Shown here piece by piece: positions 1 to 9,928 of a stretch of 64,000 nt of DNA. Position numbers and translations under genes: made by a program. The stretch comes from an uncultured cyanobacterium (GTDB taxonomy: Bacteria > Cyanobacteriota > Cyanobacteriia > CAKZMO01): NCBI GenBank assembly GCA_963719515.1, contig CAVRCJ010000003.1, forward strand, positions 224,001 to 288,000, given 5' to 3'. The notes below the pieces were generated by a model. That model made no database searches. It had not been told where the DNA came from and was given only the letters and a program-made list of their open reading frames with translations. The stretch's first letter is position 1. Each line of letters opens with the position of its first letter.

Positions 1-30
1 GGCGATCGCGACTGTCAATCGATAGTTCAT
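1..30 (-). CDS. 5' end of a gene truncated by the window edge (MNYRLTVAIA...), possibly exported
   Basis: Minus-strand ATG at 30 preceded by GGAG; divergent from the response regulator. Only 10 codons are visible. Confidence 0.5.
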   Translation of the reverse strand, partial: MNYRLTVAIA

Positions 31-117
31 AGGGGTCTCCAGTAAAGTCATACAGCGTGGTTGGCTGTATATGCTTCTATTAAGCGAGACGAAAATGACG
101 AATCACCCCGCCGTTGA

Positions 118-133
118 ATGACAATTTTGTAAT
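118..133. promoter_or_regulatory. CusR/CopR-box-like palindrome ATGACAATTTTGTAAT
   Basis: Imperfect inverted repeat resembling the E. coli CusR box core (ATGACAAnnTTGTCAT), located between divergent genes upstream of a CusR-like regulator. Confidence 0.5.
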
Positions 134-232
134 GGTTCAAAGCGTGGTTTAGCGGTTTGAATGGATCTGTAGGGGCATGGCGCGCCGTGTCCTAAGGCCC
201 AGGCGGTGGCCTCCAACAGTCAAAGGCACGTC

Positions 233-910
233 ATGCACGTTCTCTACGTCGAAGACGAATTTAAAATTGCCAGCTTCGTTCAGGCTGGTCTTAAAGAGCA
301 GGGGTTCGTCGTTGACTACTGCGACAATGGCAACGACGCCTACCACCAGGCCACAGACCAAGACTACGACGTCATCGTCCTCGACATCATGGTGCCGGGG
401 AAAGACGGCCTCTCTATCCTCAAGCACCTGCGGCGCTCCGGGCGCGATACCCCCGTCATTTTGCTCACTGCCCGCAACGAGCTGGACGATCGCTTGGAGG
501 GGCTCAACTTGGGGGCCGACGACTACATCAGCAAGCCCTTTTTTGTGGAAGAGCTGGTGGCTCGTATCCACGCCGTAGTGCGCCGCAGCGTCGGCGATCG
601 CCAAAATCGCATGGCGGTGGGGGCAATGACCCTCGACCGCCTCACCCGAGAAGTCACCCACCAGGACACCACTGTCGAACTTACCACCCGCGAATTTAAC
701 CTGCTGGAATACCTGATGCGATCGCCGGGGCGAGTCTTTACCCGCACCCAAATTTTGGAGCACGTCTGGGGGTACGACTTCAACCCCAGCACCAACGTCG
801 TCGACGTCTGCGTCCAGCGCCTGCGGAAAAAGATCGACGAGACCGGCGAACCCAGCTGGATTGAAAACGTGCGGGGCGTGGGCTATCGCTTCCGCAGGCC
901 GGAATCATGA
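233..910 (+). CDS. OmpR-family response regulator (CusR/heavy-metal type)
   Basis: Receiver motifs VEDE, LDIMVP and KPF; winged helix with TNVVDV and RGVGY. ATG 233 preferred over GTG 206. Confidence 0.92.
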   Translation: MHVLYVEDEFKIASFVQAGLKEQGFVVDYCDNGNDAYHQATDQDYDVIVLDIMVPGKDGLSILKHLRRSGRDTPVILLTARNELDDRLEGLNLGADDYISKPFFVEELVARIHAVVRRSVGDRQNRMAVGAMTLDRLTREVTHQDTTVELTTREFNLLEYLMRSPGRVFTRTQILEHVWGYDFNPSTNVVDVCVQRLRKKIDETGEPSWIENVRGVGYRFRRPES

Positions 911-2352
911 TTCGCTCTTTTCGCCTCCGCATTGCCCTCTTAGTGACGGCGGTGGCTGGCGTCGCCTTGGTGGGGTTTAGCGGCGTCGCGTGGCGGCTGA
1001 TCTACGCTGCCAAGGTTAGCCGCGTTGACGCCCGGCTAGAGGCCCAGCTAGGCCGACTTGCCCGCGCTTCGCCCCCCTCCGAGTCCTGGCAGTCTAGGGC
1101 GGCGCTGCGCCAGCTTCGGGGAGATGCCGAAGCCGTAGTCCAATTGCTCAATGCTCAAGGCGCGGTACTCTACCAGTCCGAAAACTGGCCTTCTGACTTC
1201 AACACCATTCCCCTTTCCCCGGCCCCCCGGTCCCTTAGACCCCCTAGACCTCGAAGAGACCGAATACCCCACAATCAGCCAAACAGCAGGGGCGATCGCC
1301 CGCCGCTTGGCCGAGGCAGGCCGAACCTCCGCCTCCGCACAGTCCGCATTCACTCCGCAAGCTGGCGTATCGGAGCCGTCCACAGCCCTGCAGGCCGCGT
1401 GGCGATCGCCGTCAGTCTGCAGACCATCGCCCAAGAAATGGTCGCCATCCGCAATATCTTTCTCGTCGCCGTCCCTGGAACGCTTTCACTAGTAGCTCTT
1501 GGGGCTTGGGGGCTCTCCGGCGGCGCTCTTCGCCCCATTCGGCGGGTGACAGGGGCCATGCAGCAGATTACTGTCGCCGGATTGGACCAGCGGCTGACTG
1601 TGGGGTCAACGGACTTGGAGTTCGCCGCCCTCTTTGAGGTCTTTAACCAAATGCTAGAGCGCCTAGAGCGCAGCTTTCGCCAAGCCTCTCGCTTTAGCGC
1701 TGACGCAGCCCACGAACTAAAAACCCCGCTGGCTATCCTGCAGGGGGAGCTAGAGCAGACCCTACAGCAGGCCGACCCCGGTTCGGAGCTGCAGCAGCAT
1801 TTGAGCAGCCTCCTGGACGAAGTGCGCCGCCTCAGCGGCATTGTCCGCAAGCTGCTGCTGCTGTCGCTGGCCGACGCTGGTCAGATGGGCCTGCACAAAA
1901 GCCAGGTGGATTTTTCGGCGCTGCTAGCGGTGATGGTGGAAGACCTAGAGCTGCTCGCGCCTCACCTCACCATTCACACCAGCATTGCCCCTAATCTACA
2001 GGTGTGCGGCGATCGCGACCTGCTGACTCAGGTGCTGCAAAACCTGATCGGCAACGCCATCAAGTACAACCTGTCCCAAGGGTGGATTCGCCTGGAGGCG
2101 CGCCAATCTGCCGCCGTTCAAGTCACCGTCACCAATGCCTCAAGAGAAATTCCCGCAGGCGATCGCGATCGCCTTTTCGACCGCTTCTACCGGGGCGACC
2201 CCTCCCGCAACCGCAGTGTGGAAGGATTGGGATTGGGCCTGAGCTTAGCGCGGGAGATTGTCCATGCCCATGGGGGCAGCCTGATTTTGGCAGCGTCGCA
2301 GGCGGGGGAGACGACGTTTGTCTTGACGTTGCCTCTCCCCACCAAACCCTAA
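907..2352 (+). CDS. Membrane sensor histidine kinase (HAMP-HisKA-HATPase)
   Basis: Two TM segments, H-box AAHELKTPL, N-box NLIGNAIKY, GLGLGL; ATGA overlap with the regulator. Confidence 0.92.
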   Translation: MIRSFRLRIALLVTAVAGVALVGFSGVAWRLIYAAKVSRVDARLEAQLGRLARASPPSESWQSRAALRQLRGDAEAVVQLLNAQGAVLYQSENWPSDFNTIPLSPAPRSLRPPRPRRDRIPHNQPNSRGDRPPLGRGRPNLRLRTVRIHSASWRIGAVHSPAGRVAIAVSLQTIAQEMVAIRNIFLVAVPGTLSLVALGAWGLSGGALRPIRRVTGAMQQITVAGLDQRLTVGSTDLEFAALFEVFNQMLERLERSFRQASRFSADAAHELKTPLAILQGELEQTLQQADPGSELQQHLSSLLDEVRRLSGIVRKLLLLSLADAGQMGLHKSQVDFSALLAVMVEDLELLAPHLTIHTSIAPNLQVCGDRDLLTQVLQNLIGNAIKYNLSQGWIRLEARQSAAVQVTVTNASREIPAGDRDRLFDRFYRGDPSRNRSVEGLGLGLSLAREIVHAHGGSLILAASQAGETTFVLTLPLPTKP

Positions 2353-3596
2353 AATCGCAGTCGGTGCCGATAATTCATCACCGACTCCGCCAAACCGACC
2401 GCCAAAAAATTGGTGAGCATGGCCGACCGACCGTAGCTCATCCAGGGCAGGGGAATGCCGGTAATGGGAGCCAGGCCAATGGTCATGCCGATGTTCACCA
2501 GCACCTGAAAAACAATCATCGACAGCACCCCCGCTGCAATCAGAGAGCCAAAGTTGTCCTTGGCGTTTTGGGCAATGATGACTAGCCGCAGGCACACCAG
2601 CCAAAAGCAAGCGAGGACGGCGATCGCGCCCATAAACCCGAGTTCTTCGCCCACAGCGGAGAAGATGAAATCGGTGTGCTGCTCGGGGATAAAGTTGAGC
2701 TGAGTTTGGGTGCCCTCGTGTAGCCCCTGCCCCCAAAGCTGGCCCGCGCCAATAGCGATAATCGACTGAATCAGGTGATAGCCCCCGCCCAAAGGATCTT
2801 TGCTGGGGTCTAAGAACAGCGTCAGGCGATCTTTTTGGTAATCTGCAAGCAACCCCCAAAACAGCTGTCCCAGACGCCCCGAAATCAGGTTGATGCTGAG
2901 CGCACCGATCACCCCTACCCACCGCCAGGGCAGCGTCCATAGCGCCAGTAGGCCAGCAATGGTGACCCAAACCAACCAAGCGGGCAGATAGACATTGAAC
3001 AAAATCGCTGAGATAACGGGCGAAACGAGCAGCACGAGCCAGCCAGGGTTGGCGTTTGCCCAGTAGAGCATGCCCAAGGTAATGACGCCAAAAACTAGTG
3101 ACGTACCCAAGTCAGGCTGCAAAAAGACTAGGCTCCAGGGCACTGCCGTGATTGCCAGTGCCCTAATCATGACCCCTATTCGAGAGGCGGTCGTCTCGTG
3201 CAGCAGTCCCGCCAAAGTGATGATCAGCCCTAGCTTGGCGAACTCTGAGGGCTGCACGTGGAAGCCCGCCAGGGAAATCCACCGCTGTGATCCCGAGGCT
3301 GTAACCCCGACAATCATCACCAGCAGCAGCGATAGATTAGTCGCTCCATAAATAAACCAGGTCAGGTCACTGAGGCGTTCGTACCGAAAGCGGGAAATGA
3401 GCAGCACTAGCCCTACCCCAATTGCACCCAGGAGACAGTGCTGCCACCAGTAGTTGGAAAGCCCTTGGTTGAGTTCAGTGCTGCGAATCATCAGACCGCC
3501 GAGCCCGGTGAGCCCAATCAGGGCAGCCAGCAGTAGCCAGTCAATCTGCTGCCAAGGCAGCAGGAAGGATTTCCAAGGAGACGCGGTTTGAGCCAT
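2349..3596 (-). CDS. rodA: Rod shape-determining protein RodA (SEDS family)
   Basis: QRWI, QPSEFAK, LQPDLGT, PEQHTDFIF and GIPLPWMSYGRS motifs; multiple TM helices. Confidence 0.95.
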   Translation of the reverse strand: MAQTASPWKSFLLPWQQIDWLLLAALIGLTGLGGLMIRSTELNQGLSNYWWQHCLLGAIGVGLVLLISRFRYERLSDLTWFIYGATNLSLLLVMIVGVTASGSQRWISLAGFHVQPSEFAKLGLIITLAGLLHETTASRIGVMIRALAITAVPWSLVFLQPDLGTSLVFGVITLGMLYWANANPGWLVLLVSPVISAILFNVYLPAWLVWVTIAGLLALWTLPWRWVGVIGALSINLISGRLGQLFWGLLADYQKDRLTLFLDPSKDPLGGGYHLIQSIIAIGAGQLWGQGLHEGTQTQLNFIPEQHTDFIFSAVGEELGFMGAIAVLACFWLVCLRLVIIAQNAKDNFGSLIAAGVLSMIVFQVLVNIGMTIGLAPITGIPLPWMSYGRSAMLTNFLAVGLAESVMNYRHRLRF

Positions 3597-3600
3597 AGAT

Positions 3601-3642
3601 TGAGCCGGGGTATGTGAGCCGATATCCGTGAGCCGAGGTATG
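3601..3642. repeat. Three degenerate 14-bp tandem units starting TGAGCCG
   Basis: TGAGCCG at 3601, 3615 and 3629, directly upstream of rodA. Confidence 0.7.
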
Positions 3643-3701
3643 AGATCGGCCTGTGGACGCGATTTCAGTTCACCACAGTTTTAGCGCATATTGGCGCTAG
3701 C

Positions 3702-5243
3702 TCAGGAGGCGATCGCCGGTCGAATCTCGATGTCGCGCTCGAGCGCCGCTGCCAGCACCGCGCTCGAGCGCTGCGCGGCCCAAATCTCTAGCTCTAACTT
3801 ATCCGCACCCGCAAGGGCCAGCACCAGGGTCTCTTTTGAAATATCGCAGACGACAGACGCCACCCGCTGGGTTTTGGTTTTATCTAGCCCCACCGCGATT
3901 CTCAAAATGCCTGAGAGCGTTTGCACCCTTTGGCGATGGCCCTTCGACAGCTGTCTGAACTTTTTGTGTTTTTTGGTAGGGGCAGCCTTGCAGTGATACC
4001 GCGCTAGGTGGCCGATCAGCAGCACCTCCTCATCAGTAAAGCCTCGGGGATCGGTGCGGTTGATGATGTATCGCGAGTTTTTGTGGTGCTTGCGGAACGA
4101 GATGTATTGTCCAATGTCGTGGAGGAGCGCCCCGAACTCTAGCACCTGATGCTCGAAATTGCCGTATCCATGCAGCTCCCGGGTCTGGTCAAACAGCTGT
4201 AGGGCTAGATCAGCAATGTGGCAGTTTCGATACCAGTCAGACCGATATTTTTGCACCAGCTGAGCCGCCTTGCGGTACCGCAGGTTAGCGGGAATCGGAA
4301 GGCTCGAAACCCCCTGATAATGCCGTTCGAGATAGTCAAAAATCATTCCTTCTCTGAGGGAGGCATCGCAAAGGGTGATCTCCTGAACGTCCGCCATCTC
4401 CAGCAGCTGCACTAGCAGTACGCCCCCCAGATGAATAGCGTCTGCTCGCTTGTCGCTGATGCCATCCACCTTGGCGCGGTTCTCCATCTCCTGCTCAAGC
4501 AGGGCGAGCGTCACCTTTTCGATGTCTTTAAGCTGGACCACTTCGGCGTTGACCGATCGCAAGGGAGCGCCGTCTGCCGCGAGATGGGCCGCTTCTCCTA
4601 GGGTGCGGATGGTGCCAGAGGTGCCAATTACCCGATCGAACCCAATGTCCTGGACGCGATCCATTATCTCTTGAGCCGTGAAGCGAATGTGCGCTTCTAG
4701 AACATTCCGCCCTTCACGGCCTACCGGGCCTTTGTCCTCAAACATATCCAGCAGACGCAGGACGCCTAGCTCAAGGCTATTGCCAAACAGGATGTCCTGC
4801 TGGTTGCCGACAACGGCTTCCGTGCTGCCGCCGCCAATGTCGAGTACCAGCGCCCTGTCGTCTCCAAGGGCAATGGAGTTTCGGACCGCTAGGAAAATGA
4901 GGCGGGCCTCTTCTTTGCCGGAAATGATCCTAGGGGAAAGCCCCGTCTGCCGCACCACTGCGTTGATGAAGTCATCGCCGTTTTGCGCCTCGCGAATAGC
5001 GCTGGTGGCGGCGGTGATCACCTCGTCTACGCCCACTTGCTCAGCTAGCTCCACGTAGCGCTGAATTGTTTTTAACCCCGCTTCAAAGGCGCGATCGCTC
5101 AATCGATTGGTGGCGAACACCCCGGCCCCGAGCTTGGCCATCTCCTTTTCGCGCTCGATTACCTCAAAGTTTCGCTGACCGATCACCTCCACAATAATCA
5201 TGTGAATAGAGTTGGTGCCAATATCGATCGCAGCGAGCTTCAT
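3702..5243 (-). CDS. ppx: Ppx/GppA exopolyphosphatase with C-terminal HD domain
   Basis: AIDIGTNS, ATSAIREA, DIGGGSTE, LREG and LLHDIG motifs. Confidence 0.9.
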   Translation of the reverse strand: MKLAAIDIGTNSIHMIIVEVIGQRNFEVIEREKEMAKLGAGVFATNRLSDRAFEAGLKTIQRYVELAEQVGVDEVITAATSAIREAQNGDDFINAVVRQTGLSPRIISGKEEARLIFLAVRNSIALGDDRALVLDIGGGSTEAVVGNQQDILFGNSLELGVLRLLDMFEDKGPVGREGRNVLEAHIRFTAQEIMDRVQDIGFDRVIGTSGTIRTLGEAAHLAADGAPLRSVNAEVVQLKDIEKVTLALLEQEMENRAKVDGISDKRADAIHLGGVLLVQLLEMADVQEITLCDASLREGMIFDYLERHYQGVSSLPIPANLRYRKAAQLVQKYRSDWYRNCHIADLALQLFDQTRELHGYGNFEHQVLEFGALLHDIGQYISFRKHHKNSRYIINRTDPRGFTDEEVLLIGHLARYHCKAAPTKKHKKFRQLSKGHRQRVQTLSGILRIAVGLDKTKTQRVASVVCDISKETLVLALAGADKLELEIWAAQRSSAVLAAALERDIEIRPAIAS

Positions 5244-5476
5244 AGTGGTGTTAGGTTGCTAGCTTAATTATCATAGTCCTCTCCCTGCTGTCCTCCAAAA
5301 CACCGCCGTTTCCCTGAAACAACCCAGGCGCAAATATTCCTTCTGGGATTTGCGGCATATGAGTCAAGGGAGACACCGTGATAAAGCCATCCAAGCCATA
5401 ATGGGGGGGGCTCCAGCCTTTTAGCCCACATCTCCGACGAGTCCAGTTCAAGTCTATTCATTTAGCAGGAGGCGCT

Positions 5477-7132
5477 GTGTTCTCAGGCATCACTCAATCA
5501 AACTCTCGTCAGCGAGAAATTGTCGAAGTTGTTTTTCGCAACGGATGGGACTACATGCGCCGGCTGCTGGCGGGCAGCAGCAAAAATGAAGAGCCCGAGC
5601 TACCCACCCCCGCCGTCCTGCGCAACATCTTGGTTGACCTCGGCCCCATCTATATCAAGCTCGGCCAGCTAATGAGCACGCGGCCCGATCTCCTTCCCCC
5701 TGACTACATTGATGCCCTGTCGACCCTACAGGCGACGGTTCCTCCCATCCCCTGGATTGAGGTCGAGCGGGTGATTCGTCAGCAGGTCGGGCAGCCTATC
5801 AACCAGGTGTTCACCAAAATTGATCCCGAGGCGATCGCCGCCGGTTCTATTGCCCAGGTGCATCGGGCTATCCTGAAAAGCGGCGAAGAGGTCGCTATCA
5901 AAGTGCAGCGCCCCGGCATCGACGAGATCATCGATCAAGACATCTCCATTATTCGCGGCGTGGCTGAGCTAGTGTCGCGCACTAAGTTTGGGCAGTATTA
6001 CGACGCTACGGCCCTAGCGGACGAATTTTCCAGCGCCCTGCAGTCGGAGCTTAACTTTTTGGAAGAGGCGGGCTTTACCGATAAGCTGCGGCGCAACCTC
6101 TCTAAAAGCACCTGGTTTGACACCGATATGCTGGTGGTCCCCGCAATTTACTGGGATCTAACCACCGAGAAGATGCTGGTGATGGAATGGCTGCACGGCG
6201 TTCCGATTTTGACCGCTGAGCTGACGGGCCAGCGCTACAAAGGAGACATTGAGGCCGAGCGCAAAGGTCTGACTACCATCCTCTTCCGCGCCTTTTTTCA
6301 GCAGCTCTACGTCGACGGGTTCTTCCACGCCGACCCCCACCCCGGCAACGTGTTCTACCTCGACGACGGCCGGCTGGCCTTACTGGACTGCGGCATGGTG
6401 GGACGCCTCGACCCCCGCACCCAAAGCCTGCTCACCGAGATGATTTTAGCGATCGCCGGGTCTGACGCCCAGCGCTGCACCCAGCTCACCCTAAAGCTGG
6501 CCCACCAGGTGCGCCCCGTGAATCTGGTGCAGCTGGAGGGCGACTATGACCAGCTGATGCGGAAGTACTATAGCCTTAGCCTGGATGAACTCAACTTCAG
6601 CCAGGCGTTTTACGAGGTGCTGCAGTCTGCCCGGCGAAACCATCTGCGCTGGCCCAGCAACATGGGCCTCTATGCCAAATCATTGGCTAACTTAGAGGGG
6701 CTGGGCCGCAAGTTTAACCCCGAGGTGAACCTACTCGATGAGGTGCGCCCCTTGGTGACCGACCTGTTCCGTCAGCAGCTGCTCGGCGACGACCCGATGC
6801 AGGCTTTGCTGCGCACCGGCCTGGAGGTCAAAAATCTATCCCTAGAGACGCCCCGTCGTCTTGAGTTCTTGCTCGACCGCATTAGTACCGAAAGCTTTAA
6901 GTGGAATCTGTCTCTGCGAGATTTGGACGGCCTGCGGCTCACCATCGACGATTCGGCTAACCGGCTGTCGTTCAGCATTTTGGTGGGCTCGCTAATTATG
7001 GGGGCGGCGATCGTGACGGCCCAGGAGAAGTCGTCGGAGCTGTATTGGCTGAGCACGGTGCTGTTTGTGGCGGCGAGCTTGCTGGGGCTGTGGCTGATTA
7101 TCAGCATTGTCAGATCAGGGAAGTTACGCTAG
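5477..7132 (+). CDS. ABC1/AarF/UbiB atypical kinase
   Basis: LGPIYIKLGQLMSTRPD, AAGSIAQVH, VAIKVQRP, FHADPHPGN and LLDCGM; two C-terminal TM helices. Confidence 0.92.
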   Translation: MFSGITQSNSRQREIVEVVFRNGWDYMRRLLAGSSKNEEPELPTPAVLRNILVDLGPIYIKLGQLMSTRPDLLPPDYIDALSTLQATVPPIPWIEVERVIRQQVGQPINQVFTKIDPEAIAAGSIAQVHRAILKSGEEVAIKVQRPGIDEIIDQDISIIRGVAELVSRTKFGQYYDATALADEFSSALQSELNFLEEAGFTDKLRRNLSKSTWFDTDMLVVPAIYWDLTTEKMLVMEWLHGVPILTAELTGQRYKGDIEAERKGLTTILFRAFFQQLYVDGFFHADPHPGNVFYLDDGRLALLDCGMVGRLDPRTQSLLTEMILAIAGSDAQRCTQLTLKLAHQVRPVNLVQLEGDYDQLMRKYYSLSLDELNFSQAFYEVLQSARRNHLRWPSNMGLYAKSLANLEGLGRKFNPEVNLLDEVRPLVTDLFRQQLLGDDPMQALLRTGLEVKNLSLETPRRLEFLLDRISTESFKWNLSLRDLDGLRLTIDDSANRLSFSILVGSLIMGAAIVTAQEKSSELYWLSTVLFVAASLLGLWLIISIVRSGKLR

Positions 7133-7421
7133 GGGGACAGCGTTAATGCCCGCTTCGGAACAAACGCGGCTCTAAATTGATGCAGCTCGGGATCGGCAGC
7201 AGAGGGGGAGCGGAGCTTTGCTGCTGTCAAAGAAGCTTACGTTGAGCCCGCAAATCTGCTAATGAGGGTCTCACCCGTTTGACCTCCATTTTCCCAGAGC
7301 GAGAATCGCACCAATATGAAAGCGATCGCCATTTCTTCGCTATCAGTTAAGATAAAAAGCTGGTTGAGAAAAGAAATCAAAAATAGCATTTACTTCCAAG
7401 CTTTAGCTAAGTTAAAATCCT

Positions 7422-8951
7422 ATGACCGCATCGGTTAACAAGTCCGCAACCCTACTGGAACTCCTTGCCGGAGCTGATGACCAGATAGCTTTGACTGCGC
7501 CCGCTAAGCCTAGCCTGACCTATAGACAGCTTCGGCAACACATCGTGGAGCTCGTCGCCCAGCTCAATCAGCTGGGTGTGGGCCGAGGCGATCGCCTCGC
7601 CATTGCCATCCCCAACGGCCCGGAGATGGTGGTCACCTATCTGGCGGCGGCCACCTGCGGCACGGCGGCCCCCCTCAACCCTAAGTACAAGCAAGACGAG
7701 TTTGCCTTCTATTACGAGAGCACCGGGGCGATCGCCCTCATCGTTTTGGGCGAAGGGATTGAGGCCGCCAAGGCAGCGGCAGCCGATATCGACATGACCC
7801 TGATTCAGGCCACCGCTCAAGGCGACGGTACCCTGAGCCTGAAGCAAGTGGGCGGTAAGCAGCGCGATCCTAAGCCCCACGAGCTGGCGGAATCGGAAGA
7901 CATCGCCATGATTTTGCACACCAGCGGCACCACCAGCCGCCCCAAGCGGGTGCCCATTCGCCACCGCAACCTAGCGGCCTCCGCCAGCAACATTATCGGC
8001 ACCTACAGCCTCAGCGATCAGGACCGCGCCCTCTGCGTTATGCCCCTGTTCCACGTCCACGGCATCGTCGCCTCCCTGCTCTCTACCCTGATTTCCGGCG
8101 GCACGGTGATCTGTCCGGCGGGCTTCAACGCCCTGGAGTTCTTTAAGATTCTTGCCGAGTTTCAGCCCACCTGGTATTCGGCGGTGCCCACCATGCACCA
8201 GCTGCTGCTCTCTCGGGCCGAGCGCAATAAGGAGGCGATCGCCGCAGCCCCCCTGCGGTTTATCCGCTCCAGCAGCTCGTCCCTGCCGCCGGTGGTCCTA
8301 GAGCGGCTAGAGGCTACCTTCAATGCCCCGGTGCTCGAAGCCTACAGCATGTCGGAGGCCGCCCACCAAATGACCTCCAACCCCATGCCCCCCGCCGAGC
8401 ATAAGGCGGGCACCGTGGGCAAGGGCTTCGGGGTGGAGGTGAACATTATGGACGAGGGCGGCAGCCTGCTGGAGCAGGGCGGCTTGGGGGAAGTGGTGGT
8501 CAAAGGGGCCAACGTGTTTGACGGCTACGAGGGCAACCCCAAAGCCAACGAAACCGCCTTCACCGGCGGCTGGTTCCGCACTGGGGATCAGGGTGTCTTA
8601 GACGGCGACGGCTACCTATCGCTGACGGGCCGCATTAAGGAGCTAATTAACCGGGGGGGCGAGAAGATTTCGCCGCTGGAGGTGGATAACGTACTGCTGC
8701 GCCACCCCGCCGTGGCGGAAGCCCTGGTGTTTGCCGTCCCCCACAAAACCCTAGGGGAAGATATCCACGCGGCGCTGGTGGTGAGTGAGGCGGTAGAAGA
8801 AAAAGATCTGCGCACCTACTGCGCCGAACACATTGCTGACTTTAAGGTGCCGAAGAAATTTCATATCTTAGACGCGCTGCCCCGAGGGGCCACCGGCAAG
8901 CTGCAGCGGCTCAATATGGCCAAAATGCTCAACCTGACTGGGGAATCATGA
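7422..8951 (+). CDS. Acyl-CoA synthetase, oxalate-CoA ligase (AAE3/Pcs60/Oxs)-like
   Basis: LHTSGTTSRPK, PLFHVHG, EAYSMSEAAHQMTSN, FRTGD, ELINRGGEKISP and TGKLQR closely follow the motifs I recall for plant AAE3 and yeast Pcs60. Confidence 0.8.
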   Translation: MTASVNKSATLLELLAGADDQIALTAPAKPSLTYRQLRQHIVELVAQLNQLGVGRGDRLAIAIPNGPEMVVTYLAAATCGTAAPLNPKYKQDEFAFYYESTGAIALIVLGEGIEAAKAAAADIDMTLIQATAQGDGTLSLKQVGGKQRDPKPHELAESEDIAMILHTSGTTSRPKRVPIRHRNLAASASNIIGTYSLSDQDRALCVMPLFHVHGIVASLLSTLISGGTVICPAGFNALEFFKILAEFQPTWYSAVPTMHQLLLSRAERNKEAIAAAPLRFIRSSSSSLPPVVLERLEATFNAPVLEAYSMSEAAHQMTSNPMPPAEHKAGTVGKGFGVEVNIMDEGGSLLEQGGLGEVVVKGANVFDGYEGNPKANETAFTGGWFRTGDQGVLDGDGYLSLTGRIKELINRGGEKISPLEVDNVLLRHPAVAEALVFAVPHKTLGEDIHAALVVSEAVEEKDLRTYCAEHIADFKVPKKFHILDALPRGATGKLQRLNMAKMLNLTGES

Positions 8952-9919
8952 AGGTCTGTATTGTGGGGGCGGGGGCGATTGGGGGCTACATTGGCGCGAA
9001 GCTAGCTCTGGCCGGAACCGACGTGACGCTGATTGCGCGAGGTGCCCATCTAGAGGCGATGCAGACTCAGGGGCTGACCCTGGAGAGCGAGGGGGAGACA
9101 CAGACAATCCCGGTGACCGCCATGGAGGACATCCGCAAGGCGGGGATTCATAATGTGGTGATTGTCGCTCTCAAGGCTCACAGCGTCCCCAAAGTGGCCG
9201 AAGCGCTACCCGCTCTCTACGGCCCTGACACCCTGGTGATCACCGCCCAGAACGGCGTGCCCTGGTGGTACTTCCGCAAGCTCGACCACCCCAAACAGGA
9301 CTACTGCATCCAGTCCGTTGACCCCAACGGCATTGTGGAGGCCAACGTTCCTGTGGACCGGGTGATTGGCTGCGTGGTCTATCCCGCCGCTGAACTCTCG
9401 GCCCCCGGCGTAGTGCGCCACATCGAGGGCGATCGCTTCTCCTTAGGGGAGCTAGACGGCTCCAAGAGCGATCGCCTCAAGGCGCTGTCCAAGACCCTGC
9501 GTCAGGCGGGCATCAAGGCTCCGATGCGCAGCGAGATTCGCAACGAGCTGTGGGTGAAGCTGTGGGGCAACCTGGCCTTTAACCCCATCAGCGCCCTCAC
9601 CCGCGCCACCCTAGAAGATATCTGTCAGTATTCTCTGACGCGAGACCTAGCGCGAAACATGATGGAGGAAGCCCAGGCGATCGCCGAAAGCCTGGGAGTC
9701 ACATTCAGAATTCCCCTAGAGCAGCGTATTGATGGGGCAGAGCAGGTGGGCGCCCACAAGACCTCAATGCTGCAGGATATCGAGTCAGGGCGACCGACTG
9801 AAGTCGATGCCCTAGTCGGAGCGGTGGCCGAGCTGGGTCGCCTTGTGGAGATTCCCACCCCCCATATCGATGCGGTTTATGCCAGCGTCAAGCTTCTGGA
9901 AAAGACGCTGGCAGAATAA
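8948..9919 (+). CDS. panE: Ketopantoate reductase family protein (PanE2/oxalyl-CoA reductase-like)
   Basis: GAGAIG Rossmann motif, QNGVPWWYF, WVKLWGN, HKTSMLQD and E-motif RPTEVD; ATGA overlap with the ligase. Confidence 0.82.
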   Translation: MKVCIVGAGAIGGYIGAKLALAGTDVTLIARGAHLEAMQTQGLTLESEGETQTIPVTAMEDIRKAGIHNVVIVALKAHSVPKVAEALPALYGPDTLVITAQNGVPWWYFRKLDHPKQDYCIQSVDPNGIVEANVPVDRVIGCVVYPAAELSAPGVVRHIEGDRFSLGELDGSKSDRLKALSKTLRQAGIKAPMRSEIRNELWVKLWGNLAFNPISALTRATLEDICQYSLTRDLARNMMEEAQAIAESLGVTFRIPLEQRIDGAEQVGAHKTSMLQDIESGRPTEVDALVGAVAELGRLVEIPTPHIDAVYASVKLLEKTLAE

Positions 9920-9928
9920 CCCCGTGTC

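Noticed and set aside
149..763. Long antisense and alternate-frame ORFs (also 2245-2979, 27340-27993, 32976-33602, 63278-63811 and others)
   Set aside because: Shadow ORFs of well-supported genes in high-GC DNA, with no motifs of their own.
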